Source of the DNA: Octopus sinensis
Lineage: Eukaryota
Direction: 5' to 3'
DNA length: 64,000 bases
Assembly: GCF_006345805.1 (NCBI RefSeq)
Contig: NC_043004.1
Span: forward strand, 73,346,001-73,410,000
Made by a program: the position numbers and the translations under genes
Shown: positions 10,910 to 27,568 of the stretch, piece by piece
How positions within the stretch are numbered: position 1 is the stretch's first letter
How the letters are laid out: each line of letters opens with the position of its first letter
Notes under the pieces: model-generated
Seen by the model: only the letters and a program-made list of their open reading frames with translations
Told to the model about the DNA's origin: nothing
Databases searched by the model: none

Positions 10910-11734
10910 CAGTGCTATTCAAAGTGGTGGTCCGCGAGCCATCAGCTGCCGGTACGCGGCGAGCTTCCAGAAAAGAAAGAAACATTTTAAAATGCTTATG
11001 TAATATTGTATTATTTGTTTACAAAATAAATATAGGATAAAAAATTGCCAACTTTTATTGTATTCATTATATATTGGGTCGTCCGCAAAGTTCGTGCCGA
11101 TTTTTAAAGGAAAGCAAAAGGTCAATAGATACTTGCCATTACATTTTTAATCAACCAAATATGAACCATTTTGTTGCATCTTTCATCTTTCCTTTAATTT
11201 GAAAATACCCACTTCCCAGAATTGAGGTGGTTTCATGGCAAAGAATTCATCAAGGTATCTTTTTATGTCATCCAAGGAATTGAAATTTTTACCATTAAGA
11301 CTATTCTGCAGAGACCTGAATCAGTGGAAATCCGAAGGAGCAATATCTGGTGAATATGGAGGGAGGGGTAACACATCCCAGCCGAGCTGCAGCAATTTTT
11401 GTCTGGTTCCCTAAGCATCAAGTGCCGAAAATGAACTTTCTTATCTTCCATTTTAAAGGGTTACAGAATTAACACAGGAACATAAACGTTCTCCCACGAA
11501 AAGATAGCTTAAACTGTGCTCTAAATGGGGTTGTAGTCAAATCCTATTTTATGAACTCAACCATGTTCTAAAATAAGTCGAAAGGTAAGCTACTATAAAT
11601 CGGCATGAACTTTCCGGACAACCAAATATATTGTTTCCGGTATAAATTAATGTTAATAAGAAATATTACCGGACCCAGGCACATTGGGAAAAAAAACTGC
11701 TGGTACGCCACATCAAATAGTTTGAGAATCACTG
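10910..11734. mobile_element. hAT (Charlie-like) MITE interrupted by a mariner insertion
   Basis: TIRs cagtgctattcaaa (10910) / tttgagaatcactg (11734); subterminal gtggtccgcg and ccggtacgcg motifs; TCTA in both flanks, TSD decayed. Confidence 0.6.
11071..11630 (-). mobile_element. Internally deleted mariner element (~560 bp)
   Basis: ITRs atattgggtcgtccgcaaagttcgtgccgattt / aaatcggcatgaactttccggacaaccaaatat with TA flanks. N-terminal MEDKKVHFRHLML is joined directly to LLQLGWDVLPLPPYSPDIAPSDFH*FRSLQNSLNGKNF (YSPDLAPSD motif at 11330-11356). Confidence 0.9.
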
Positions 11735-11789
11735 TCTATGTTCTGAATTCAAATCGCGTTAAAGCTACCTTCATCTATCCAGTGTTGAA

Positions 11790-12140
11790 AAAATAAGTAG
11801 CTGTAATATACTGGAATGGATGTAATTGATCGTTCGTTACTTCTAAATTCCTAACATTCTGATGGACTCTCCCGTCGAAGACAACGTATGAGCGGTCAGC
11901 TTTTGCCGAACGACTTACACAAATGATTTGTTTATTGTGATCAAATGTATGCATCTCACAACAGCTCACACTCTTCATCAAATCGACGTTGCCTGAACAG
12001 GTGCACTGTGTCGAAGTGATTGTAGTGCAACGTAAGATAAAGTGCTTTGCTCAAGAACACAACGCACTGCTGGGTCTAGGAATTGAAACCACAATCTCGC
12101 GATCGTGAGTGCAACACTCTAATCACTAGGCCATGCGTTC
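11790..12140 (-). mobile_element. SINE family C
   Basis: Reverse complement: gcatggcctagtgattagagtgttgcactcacgatcgcgagattgtggtttcaattcc...gtgttcttgagcaaagcacttt; similar to 27241 and 54370. Confidence 0.75.
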
Positions 12141-12654
12141 TAGGATTGTACATGTTTTAAATTTCATTATTGTTCGCAAAACGACGAAGCCATTTTCAAT
12201 GTTCTCGTTCAGTATCTGAGAGATATTGACTGATGGGGGTCTACTGAACCGCTGCTGTTAAGTGCGGGCTATCGGCCAAGTCTTATTACAGAGATAATCC
12301 CCTCTGTATTTCATTTGGCTGGGTGCTAACGATTCTGCCAAAGGCACAATAACAATTTTGCGAGGAAGAACTTATTAGAGTAAACTTATACCAGTACTTG
12401 TATGTTATTTTATTTTATCGACTCCAGAGAGATGAAAGGCAAAGCTGACTTCAGCTGGAATTGAACTCAGAACAGAACGCAAATATAGGTCATAATAAAT
12501 TATATTTCTTTCAAATCGTCTTAGATGACGCTAGAATAAAATGCTATCTTTTTTACCTAACCTTACTAGCGTATTTCTGATATTAATTGGAAATCTTTAC
12601 AACCAAGATCGAATCTAAACCCGGTCACTAATTGTTAATTTTTTATTCCGAAAA

Positions 12655-12699
12655 CTACTACTACTACTACTACTACTACTGCTGCTGCTGCTGTTGCTG

Positions 12700-12790
<91 letters not shown>

Positions 12791-12813
12791 CACTGCTGCT
12801 GTTGCTGCTGCTG

Positions 12814-12848
<35 letters not shown>

Positions 12849-12876
12849 GCTGCTGATGTTGCTGCTGCTGCTGCTG

Positions 12877-12919
<43 letters not shown>

Positions 12920-12935
12920 AGCTGCTGCTGCTGTT
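12655..12935. repeat. Alternating (TAC)n/(TGC)n higher-order microsatellite
   Basis: About five alternating blocks of ~7 TGC and ~8-12 TAC. Confidence 0.9.
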
Positions 12936-13014
12936 GTTCTACGTTAATCAGTACAATTTTGCTTGGAAATAGGATATTAACTCTTTATTAGGATTTAAAA
13001 TAGCGAGAGGGAAC

Positions 13015-13018
13015 GAGT

Positions 13019-13059
<41 letters not shown>

Positions 13060-13289
13060 AAGAAGGAGACAGTTAAATAGATAGATAGAGAGAGAGAGAG
13101 AGGGGGGTAAATAGAGAAAGGTAGATAGAAAAAGAATAGATTGAGAGATTGGGATAAAACGGTGAATTTTGTAAGAAATATAGAAACAGACTGAAGACAG
13201 ATTGTCAGAAATGGAGAGATAAATATTAAGGGAAAGAAAAAAGTGACAGAAAGAGGGAGACAAGATAGAGAAAGAGAAAGTGAAGAGAG

Positions 13290-13320
<31 letters not shown>

Positions 13321-13330
13321 ACAAGTGGAT
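13015..13330. repeat. (GA)n / purine-rich tract
   Basis: Direct inspection. Confidence 0.85.
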
Positions 13331-13799
13331 TGTGCATCAAATGGTACAAATGGATGTGAGAATGCAAAGTTTCGGTTCAAGAGAGGGCGACTACAGCCAT
13401 AAAATAATATTCTTCAGGAAACAAAGGAAATGAAAAAGAAAAAACAACAACAATTTTCTTCTCTGTCTGTGTCATGGCGGAAAAGCGTCCTGAAAGCTTG
13501 AAGGAAAGCACATTCACAAAGCAAAAATGATAATGGTAATATTGGTGATAATAATAACAATAATAACAAAAAAAAAAAATACAATGAGGAAAAATATGGC
13601 TGGCAAAAATGAAAATTAAGAAATGTTATAAAGCCGTAAAGCTCAGAGACAATCAGTTTTAAAAGAAATAACAAAAAGAAAGCACACACACATATCCACA
13701 ATGATTATTGGAGGCAACAATTACACACCAGTTACATGCTTTTCTTAATAATGCGAGCAAACCAAAGAATAAAGTAAGCAAGTGCAAGGCTAAACTGTG

Positions 13800-13860
<61 letters not shown>

Positions 13861-13944
13861 TTTTATTTTTCTTTGTAAAAGCCAAAACGGTGTAAGTTGT
13901 AAGAAATATGGTAAGTCAATGGTTTTTTATTTCTAGCTTCCTTT

Positions 13945-14032
13945 CCAATATTTCGGGATTAAGATTCCTTCTCCGGGAAATCTTCGGTGATTTGTGTCGC
14001 AAGCCGAAGAAGGGATCCTAATCCCGACATTT
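13945..14032. ncRNA. Divergent pair of degenerate hammerhead-like motifs forming an imperfect inverted repeat
   Basis: Minus: tttc-CCGGAGA-a-ggaat(ctta)atccc-GAA-A(ta)T-T-ggaa. Plus: CCGAAGA-a-gggat(ccta)atccc-GAC-A(tt)T-C. Arms 22/27 identical. Confidence 0.4.
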
Positions 14033-14114
14033 CGAAACGCAAGTATAAACCATAGACTTAATCTTATAGCTCACATTCTTTTGGCTTAAAAAAATAACAC
14101 ACATATATCTATAA

Positions 14115-14193
<79 letters not shown>

Positions 14194-14439
14194 CAAAGTA
14201 GGAAGATGTGTAGACGCTTGCGTTTACAAAAACTGATAATAGGATAGGAGGATGGGAGAGGGTGATGAGTAAAGTCAGCAAAGCAAAAGATTCGTGGCGC
14301 TTTCACTAGCAACAACTAATGTGTCAAATGCTACTGCCGTAAGCCCAAAATTACTTTGCGTTATCTAGTCACCATGATTAACAGTACAAGACAATATATT
14401 TGGTTTCGTTATTGTTTATCGTGAGTTTTGATATGCGGA

Positions 14440-14660
14440 TTATATTATTATTGTCGTTGTCTAGATCCAGGTCAACGCTGACTAATCACATCTACGATCA
14501 AAAGCATTTCAGCCATAACGACCCTGTCCATCTCTGGGGCATATTATATCTAGATATAATATCCAAGTGTCTCTTCAGTTTCAGAGCAGTAGGATGTGAT
14601 TTCAAATATATCTAGTTGCTATTTATAGCAGGTCAAGCGACCTCATACAAATTCCTTCAG
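14440..14660 (+). mobile_element. Degenerate interspersed repeat, family D (probable SINE)
   Basis: ccaggtcaacgctgact...ctacgatcaaaagcatttcagccat...ggatgtgatttc..atatctagttgctattt; related copies at about 38210-38500 (+) and 61880-62090 (-). Confidence 0.5.
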
Positions 14661-17600
14661 TATATGAGTTTAATTTAGTTGTCACTTATGTCATTGCGAT
14701 AGAGATGATGTTACAACATCAAGCTATCTTCACCTTAATACTAACGATCCTCAACGATGTCTAGAAGGATTATTGTGTTAAATTACTGTGATATTGAAGG
14801 GCGAGTGAAAATGGCATAAATTGCTTACTTCGGTCTTTGATATTGGATCTCAGTAGACATTAATGCAGTCGTGAGCAACTTTATTCAAGTTTGTAACCAA
14901 TTAATGAGTACTTCATATTTTACTGAATATTACAATTTCATATGGAAAGTACGTTTTCATTGCTATCATGTGATGGTATTTTTTAAAAAGAGAAATAGAG
15001 AATTGTGTGTCGGGAACAATAATTGACATTTGTATTAATAAAACAGGTTTCTAACATTGTCTCGAGATAAATAAACAAGGAAATAGAACTGTAGATTGAA
15101 TTAAATATGTAGAAAGAATTAAAAGTGTAGATAGAAATGTCGATGTTAAGATATCTCTCTCATCAAGCGGTGAGGTTTATACATGATATGTCACGTGTCA
15201 ATTGGAATTTTCTTCAAATTGCAGACGATAACAATTTTCGTGTGCCTGTTAAACCAATTAAATCTGAGTCAGCTTCTATAACAAACTCTTCACACCCTCT
15301 TTATTTTTTGTTTGTTCAAAGAGATGTAACGTTAAATTACAAGAGTGGGGTCTCTCCTCCAAAACAGTAAAATAAACGATTCCAGTGTATGTATGAGAGA
15401 AAAATATTAAGTTGTTGCAGGCGAGATATTGGTTATAACATATTCACATCAAACAGGCCATGCTATGGAAATACAAAAACAGTCATATATACATATATAT
15501 ATATATGTACCCCATTAAATATTTTCCATTTTCGTTTATAATCTTTTTACCCTTTGTTTTCATTTTTGTTAAGCTCCTCTGTTCGTGTGTGCGTTGAAAG
15601 ATCCCTTAGAGTACGCCATTAGAGTATAAGTTACTGTAGTTTTTTTTTTATGTTTTAACATTTTATTAATTTGTTTTCTTCAACATATTCTTTCTTTGAC
15701 ATACATTTAGAACAAAATGCGTGATAAAAAAAAAACACACACAGCAACTATGACAATAACATTCCCAACAACAATACAATTCTCCCCACCGTCACCACCA
15801 ACGCCAACACCTACACAACAACAATGACGACGACGACGACGACGACAACGACCACGATGATTATGAAAATAGTTTGAATGCAAAAAAGTAAAAAGTGACT
15901 AATAATAAAGACTGCATTCCGGACTAGGATTTCAGTACAGTTACCACAAACACTCACTGAAGTATCAATAGCAATTTGCTGAGCAAAAACAAAAGGATAT
16001 TTAAAAAATGACAAAACATACATTGTTCATAATCATTCAAAGACCGAAGTAGATTAGAAGATATCGGCATAGACCAAGGAAGACGGTACACGAACGATGA
16101 TAATCGGAGATGACTGGTGTAGTTTACGCAACATATTGTCGAACCAGTCGACATCATGCATAAGAGAGACATAGATCCATGTTTTCGTAAGTCAAGAGAA
16201 ATTCAAAAACACATGCAGTAAAACTATCTAATATGATTTATTAAACTATATCCACAAATTGTGATATTCTAGAACATATCTGTGTTTGTGTATAAGTTGA
16301 CAAGGATATACGGTGCACGCAGTGATAAATCCATCTCGCTATTCATTTATCTGTTTATATTTGCAGTTATTAGGAGTGATAAATTTATCTTGTCATATAT
16401 GACGTGAAGCAACACGATGATATATCTACTCTGTTTTATAAATTTGTTCTCTCTCGCCATATTTGCTCAAGAGTAACACAGCAGTAGGTTCTTCTACCTT
16501 GGTTTACTTACCGTTTCATAACATGTCCTCTTGATTTACTTTAAGATGCTATATGCTGCTGCTGCTGCTGGTACTGTTGCCGTTGGTATTATTGTTGTTG
16601 CTGATGAATGATCAGGATGATGATCGGCATTGAATATTCAGTAATATCAACATGTTACAGTGTATATGACATCGAGAGACGAGGTATATTTTATTTACGT
16701 GAAAATTTAAATGCTGTGATATATCTAATTTATGACTGAATTGTGTATATTAAAAATATACCTTCGATGTCAAACTGGACTATGGTAAAGAGGAGTTTGT
16801 AAGAGGAGCTAGTAAGTATAGAAAAGGCATGCAGAAAGTGGAAAGGGGACGAATTGGTGGGCGCTAGCCCGGACAACTGATTCGTAAGGGAGATAATTGA
16901 AGTGATGATGGCGGTGATGATGATGACAGTAGCGGTAGTGGTGGTGTAAGTGAATGAACGCAGCCAATAAAGAATAAGAACATGAAAGAAGCGGGCAAAA
17001 TGTGGTAGGAAGTGTAGAGTGTACGATATATTGTTCTAAAGTCTTTAATGGTCATGTTCAACAAGAGTAAGTCGACTCAAATCTGTCCCTTCGTAAGTTA
17101 GATATAAATATTTTGTCGACAGTAATCTTTGAGAGCAAGATAATAAAACTCTCTATACATCAATACTGTTCATACATTTATTCAATCTATTGCTAGACAA
17201 AAAAAAAATGACTTAGATCATTGATATCTTTAAAACAATGCAAAACTGGTTTAAAATTTACAATGACTTCGAAAACTTCCCAAAGCTTACGATCGCCGAT
17301 ATTTATTATTACATTATAATGACGTTGGGGTATCTTTATCGTTTTTGTTTTGTTTTAGTTAGTTTTATTAGTATTAATAATGTTCATAGCATTTTTGAAT
17401 CCATTGATAGTGAAAGATAAGGTTAAGTAGGTAAAGTTAGTACTAAGAATGCTTAGGTATTGAGAAGGGGCGGGAAATATTGACAACAAGGGTGATAGAG
17501 AGGCATGCAATTTCTAGAGATGAAAGACTAGAAAAAACATTTAGTAAATATTCTGATGTGGTGAATTTCAGTGGGTTTGGTTCTGAGCTAGCAATTTCAA

Positions 17601-18347
17601 AAACGTAGAAAGCGCTGTTGCAGAGGAAGAGAAACGATAGGCCAAGCGATTGTGTGAAAGTTGGCGTGTAAGATGGCTGTCTTTTATTATTCATCGCATA
17701 TTAAGGAACCAGTTGCAATATTTTCGATATTCAGACTGAAGACCTTCCATTTATGGATTTATAAGTTTTCACTTTCTTTCTTCCGTCTTACTCTTTCTCT
17801 TCACTTTTTCACAATTAAGGTTGTGTGTTAATTCGAAGCCGATCATACACTCAGTTGCTATTCGGAATCTCTTACTGTATGCATACGTCAAGCAATATAA
17901 GATATTTGCTTTATGTATTGAGTACTCATACGTTTATGCTTACACACACACGTATCATAGCAATCTAAGTGTTATATTTAATGTGTATAAACTAATGACA
18001 GCCAAGTTATTGCAGTTTTCGTTCGAGATAAAAAAAAATATCTTATAGATGCGCTGTGCGTGCAATGCAATATATATTAGAAGGAGACGAATATTCGTCC
18101 TGGCAGGGGCTAGCGAGAATGCCAGATGCTGCCCTTGTTGGGCTTTGTCAGTGATGTACATGCAGCCAGCAACATGCTCAGGCCAGATCTGCCACTTCTG
18201 ATACAGAAAACAGGGAGAGTATTTTTCACTGCTTCTTTTATTCCCCACTCCACTATACACGATCTCACATTCTCACATACGCGCTTTCCTAAGACCCACC
18301 TAACAATTGTATGCACACCCAACCTCACTAACAAATGTCACCATACT

Positions 18348-18413
<66 letters not shown>

Positions 18414-21119
18414 ATTCTCTTTATGCTTGCATCAAACAGAGATACCTACTGATATATGGATCTATACATCCACCTTTTAATCTGTCCTAACTCCCTCATA
18501 GAACAGATTTGCCTATGATTTTTAACCCTTCCCCTTTCTCCTGTGTCCACGCACTCACAGTTTCTCTTTTTCACTCTTCCTATCTGTTTTTCTATGCCTT
18601 TTTTTTAGACGAAGAACTAACATCCAAAACGTCAAGACATTTTTTCTCCGTCTTAATCGTGAAACTAACATCATATTTGTTAAATTTTGTTCTTCTTACG
18701 TTCTTTTCGATATCTGTTGTCCTTGCATCTAACGCCTGCACACACATGTACACACACACACGGTGAATGCAGCTAGAAATCAAGTGGTGACCTCTCCCGC
18801 CAAATTTCGAAGGAAGGTTGTATGTTACACTGTATATGAATAACTAATTATTTTTGTGAGCATTTCTGATACTAAATTGCGTCCCCCACCACAATTTTAA
18901 TACAGGATTCGCTCCACAAACAGAACAATGAATTTTACATGCACTTAAAAATTGATTTTGGTAAAGAGGAAGGAATTCCACCCTTGTCATTTCCTCACCT
19001 CCCCAGACTGGTGGGATCTTCTGGAACAACTGATGCGAGGGCTACAGGCAAAGCATTTGCAAGTAGGGAAATCCAAAGGAACGTTGTTTTAGAATGGGCA
19101 GGCTGGCTGCAGTGGTTTATGTGGGAGCTGGGGTAGCAGTAACAATTCAACGGAGACTTGGAAGAGAAACGATCATGGAGGAAGAGCCTGGGCCGATGAG
19201 GCACGAAACCTACGTCTGAAATTGTTATAGAAAAGGCAAAGAGGGGAAGGAATACGTGTGTGGACGAACAACTGATGAGTACTAGTGAGAAACTTTTTGC
19301 CGCCATGTGAGCTTTTTATAAATGCGTTCTCGAATGCTTGCGTGCATAACAGTAGCACCGTCTCAAATGTAGGGACAGCAATCCGTTGTGTAACTTTGAG
19401 TTTAGGCTGTGTGTGCAGAGGCAGAGAGACACGTACGTAAGAGCATAGTTAAAATCAACACCTATCCGCTGGAAGCACCAAGGGATCAGGGGGGAGGATC
19501 ATTTTTCATTTTATAAATGTGCGGTGGGTATTCAAAATAAAACAATGATCAGACGACATGAAAGGTGCAGAGACGGTGATGGTTTGTTAAAGATATTATT
19601 TGAAAGTGAAAAAGAGGTAAAGAATTGCATGGGATGGTCGTGTGTCAATCAGCGATGAAACTCGGAACTGAAACTAGAAGTAGAAAGTTGAAGACTGTGA
19701 AAGATAGCATTTCTTCACCGACTGTATCAGTATGGGATCAGTGACAGAACCACTGTTATAAAATGCAACCAAACCTTCCTCAAGTTTTGTTTCACTGGAT
19801 TGAGGGTGGAAGGGCTGAGAGTGGGTGTTGCGAGAAGGCAAAAGCAGATTTTTGGCCTTCCTGCTTTTAACTCAGCGGAATATCAAGGGCGTGAAAGTAG
19901 GTGGGAGATAGAGCTGCACTAGCGGTCGGCTAGTTAACGCTTTCGGCTGAATCGACCGGGGCAAAGTGAAGTGAAGTACCTTGCCTAAGGACACCTTGCT
20001 TAAGTACGCTGCTCGGTCCAAGAACGAAATCACAGCGCTGGTGCATTTCCCGGATGGTGGTGTGTTGTGTCCACCATATTAAACACAACCACATGCACAC
20101 CTCCATCCACTAGATTATCGGTAGTTACTATACACCACTTGTCACTGTGCATTTCATTGAATTATTGTAACCTTCGGATGATGTCACCCACTGTCCACGT
20201 AAGCAGGCCATATGTGTGTGTGTATTTACATATCCACTCACGTTTCATGTATAATTATACGCATTTGTGTTTATATGAGTGTTCCCCTTGATTAAAGCTG
20301 AAGTATGATGTTACACCGAGTTAAAGGGGCAATCTATTGACCCATGAAAGGTTATAAATAAAATTTCTGTCTGACTGGTCACGTAACAATATTTCGTGAT
20401 AAAGTAATGTGTATCATTTGACACTTAATTTTCATTATCCCTCTCTAACTCTCTATCACTTCCTCTTTTTCTCACTGTATATACATACGTGCGCGCGCAC
20501 ATACAGCCACACACACACGTATGTATACATATATACATTCGCATATACATAAAAATGGCGGTCGATTGAACGAATTGTCAGAGCGTTGAAAAATTGGATT
20601 TGGCTTCTTTGCGTAATGAGTTCTAATATCGCCTTGGTGAGCTTCGCTATTTACCTTCTGGAGTCTAACAAACAACGTAGGAACACCGATTCTTTGCTGT
20701 TTTTTTTATTCTCTCAGGTGTTACGCTGTGGGATCAAACCTTAACTTTCAGTTGCGACTGCATTCAAGTTGAATGCTTATATATTTTTTTAATTGGAGAT
20801 TTTCCCATTCCCTTATTTATTCTTATGTTTAGTTTCAAACAATCCCTTTTCTACATCCTTTAACGTTTACAAGTTTAAAGTCCAGTTTTGGCCTCGTCAT
20901 TGGAATGACATGATAGACTTTGAATGAAGCGACGCTGGTTTTATTAGTCATAACACTGTTCCTACAATCCTTTATTGCCCATTGCAAAACACATCAATAA
21001 TGCGTTACATCTACCAACACATTCTGACTTTTACACCAAAAAGATCCTGTAGACACCCTGTTATCCCAAACTGAATATAAAAAAAACTATTAAAGAAAAT
21101 TTGAAAATGATCATTTATT

Positions 21120-21331
21120 CCTTTACTTGTTTCAGTCATATGACTGCGGCCATGCTGGAGCACCGCCTTTAGTCGAGCAAATCGACCCCAGGACTTATTC
21201 TTTATAAGCCTAGTACTTATTCTATCGGTCTCTTTTTGCCGAACTGCTAAGTTACGGGGACGTAAACACACCAGCATCGGTTGTCAAGCGATGTTGGCGG
21301 GACAGACACAGACACACAAACATACACACAC

Positions 21332-21411
<80 letters not shown>

Positions 21412-21573
21412 ACATATATACGACGGGTTTCTTTCTGTTTCCGTCTACCAAATCCACTCACAAGGCTTTGGTCGGCCCAAGGCTATAGCAGAGGACACTT
21501 GCCCAAGGTGCCATGCAGTGGGAGTGAACCCGGAACCATTTGGTTGGTAAGCAAGCTACTTACCACACAGCCA
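21120..21573 (-). mobile_element. Full-length SINE family B with internal (CA)/(TA) microsatellite
   Basis: Both modules intact around a ~100-bp microsatellite. Confidence 0.85.
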
Positions 21574-22166
21574 CACAATGTATATATGTATATGTTTGAG
21601 AGAGTGTGTGTGTGTATGTTTTAATGGCGACAATGTAAGATAAGGGCCAATACGAAGAAACCACACGAAAATTCTTTGGTCGTAAAAACCGTTTCCTCTA
21701 AACTGTACAAAGCTTTGAGAGATATGAAGTGAATTACTTTCTCATTTTAACGGGGAAATTCTAAGGTAGATAAAGCTATAAATGATAGCGGGTACAATGA
21801 TGAGTTCAAAATACCCATTGGATAGAAAGAAAGTCAAAGGTTTTTGATGGGACACAAACCCACGTTTTGTATAAACATAACCGACGCTCTAACTTTATAA
21901 CAGAGCACCACCAAATTTCCTCCATCTCCCTTAGAAGTTTAGTTCTTACCAGCGAGAACTCTCAGATGTTTATGCTGTAAAACTTCGCGAGGTATATGAA
22001 GTAAACATTGCTTTTTATAACGCTTCGACTATTTTTCCATCCCAAAGTATTTTAACCTCGTATTCTACATGTTATTATTTATAGCTTTGTCTACTTCGAG
22101 TTCCACCATTAAAATCATTATTGCTTTATTATTATTAAATTTGAATATAGTCGTGTCTTCAATATC

Positions 22167-25433
<3,267 letters not shown>

Positions 25434-25467
25434 TTATGATCATTCAAAAGAAGGTAAGAAAACGGAG

Positions 25468-25787
25468 ATTTATTATCTGCAAAAATCAAACATAATCCCT
25501 TATAGCTCTTTCAATGAAGCCTAAAAGATTAAATAACAATTATTAAAATCATTATATTCGGCAAAATCTCTTTACCGTTAGGTTTATGTTGTATTTTAGA
25601 ATCATCTCGTCACAGTCTGCTGTGATGATTCTAAAATACAACACATGCTAAACTTAAAAGTATATCTTTTTTCTACCCCTCTCAAGAGAGTTTGCCTAAT
25701 ATAATGATTTTAATATTGTTATTTAATATTCTATGCTTAATTAAAACAGCTGTGAGGGACTATGCTTGATTTTTGCAGATAATAAAT
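25468..25787. mobile_element. Foldback/MITE-like imperfect palindrome (~320 bp)
   Basis: atttattatctgcaaaaatcaa...gttgtattttagaatcat / atgattctaaaatacaac...ttgatttttgcagataataaat; centre cacag-tctg-ctgtg. Confidence 0.7.
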
Positions 25788-25959
25788 TTTTATTAAATTA
25801 TATCTCCATTTTGTTACTTTCTTTTGAATGTTTATAAACCATGGTTTATATATAAACCTTTTGTTTTATGAATATTATTATTCATAAAAAATATTAGGTA
25901 TTGAACCAGTAATTCATTGGATGATACCACCATTTAGTGAGGCTAATTTAACCTCTAAC

Positions 25960-26049
<90 letters not shown>

Positions 26050-26050
<1 letters not shown>

Positions 26051-26200
26051 GACAGGTTTTCACACAGTTTCCGTCAACCAAATTCACTCACAAAGTATTG
26101 GTCGTCCCAGGGATAAAAATAGAAGACACATGCCCAAGATGCCACGCAGTGTAACTGAATCCGAAGCCACATGGTTGCAAAGCGAGCTGCTTAACCGCGT
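26050..26200 (-). mobile_element. SINE family B 5' module
   Basis: tttccgtcaaccaaattcactcacaaag...agaagacacatgcccaagatgccacgcagtg. Confidence 0.7.
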
Positions 26201-27240
26201 AGTTCATACGCACATGCAACTCATGTATTCACCCTCACATATATGCTAACACGCTTACCTTCTTCATAAATTGCAATTACACCTCAAAACTAAGATCCGA
26301 TATAAGATCGATTATAATGACGATGATACAGTGATGAGGAATTTGTTAGTTTATAGAGAGCATCTCATTCTTACGCTTAATATAACGGAGATTGTGGACT
26401 GGGAGAGTCGGTAGAGCGTCGGACTAAAGTTTCGCTACAATTTACCTGCGTTCATATTTACGTTTCGAGTTCGAATCAGGTCGACGCTAGTTTGACCTTT
26501 CGCTATTTATAAAATAAATAATCTCATCAACTAATGAGATGGCAGTTCTCACTTCATTATCATACTTAATTACGTTTAATTTACTTAATAATGTTTTCAA
26601 ATTATGGAATAACCAACAAATTTTGAGGCGTGTGGTTGAATCGATTGCATCGAACCCAGTACTTCACTGGCACTTATTTTATCGACACCCAAAGGTTGAA
26701 AGGCAAAGTCGTCTTCGGCATGAATTGAACTCAGAATGTAATGATTTGGAACAGAAATCGTATGACATTTTTTCTGATGCTGTCACAATCCTGCCAGTCC
26801 ATTGCCCTTATTAACCATAATAATGATTGTGCTTACCTCAAATTTATGACCCCAAGGCAGAAATTTGAGGTAGGGAGTTTGTCGGTTAAACCAACCTCAG
26901 TAATTTATTTTATCGGCTCAAAGGGATGAAAGCAGTTGACTTGAGCGAAATTTCATGCCAGAACTTAAAGATTCGTATTAAACTGACTACTATCTGGCTG
27001 GTACTTTATTTACTGATACTTTATTTACTCTTGAAAGTCGCACAATCCTCGCCCTTTTTGCTCTACAGATACAATCTCACAAATCGTTTAAACAGTCGTT
27101 CTCAACTAATTTTCTACTTATTAGTCCCTTTTATTACTATTTTATTCTGATGGATCCCCATCGCCATTATATTTTCAAAAACCTGATTTTATAGATACTT
27201 CTTCCAGAATTCCTATTTTATTTTTCCCTCGTTCACTTGT

Positions 27241-27568
27241 GTGCAGATGCGTGGCTTAGTGGTTAGGGTATTCGGCTCACGATCGTGAGGGTATGAGTTC
27301 AATTCCAAGTGACACGTTATGTCCTTGAGCAAGACACTTTATTCTACGTTGCTCCAGTCTACTCAGATGGCAAAAATGAGTAGTACCAGTATTTCAAAGG
27401 GCTAGCCTTGTCACACCCTCTGTGTCACACTGAATGTCCTTGAGAACTATTTCAAGGGTATAAGTGTTTGTGAAGTGCTCAGCCACTTGCATTTTAATTT
27501 CCTGAGCATGATGCTCCGTTGATCAGATCAACTGCAACTGTCATAGTCGAAACCGACAAAGTGCCAGT
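27241..27568 (+). mobile_element. Full-length SINE family C with 12-bp TSD
   Basis: TSD tcgttcacttgt at 27229-27240 and 27569-27580; tRNA-like head gtggcttagtggttagggtattcggctcacg...gagttcaattcc. Confidence 0.85.

Noticed and set aside
18050-18215. Minus-strand polypyrimidine tract plus CAG acceptor before KWQIWPEHVAGCMY
   Set aside because: No convincing donor and no recognisable protein similarity
19260-19277. VDEQLM peptide resembling the piggyBac catalytic DE motif (also contains CTGATGAG)
   Set aside because: Flanking residues do not continue the piggyBac pattern; no TTAA/TIR; no helix II for a hammerhead
19550-19790. Possible CR1/L2 3' remnant (HFF...VW)
   Set aside because: Too decayed to support by eye
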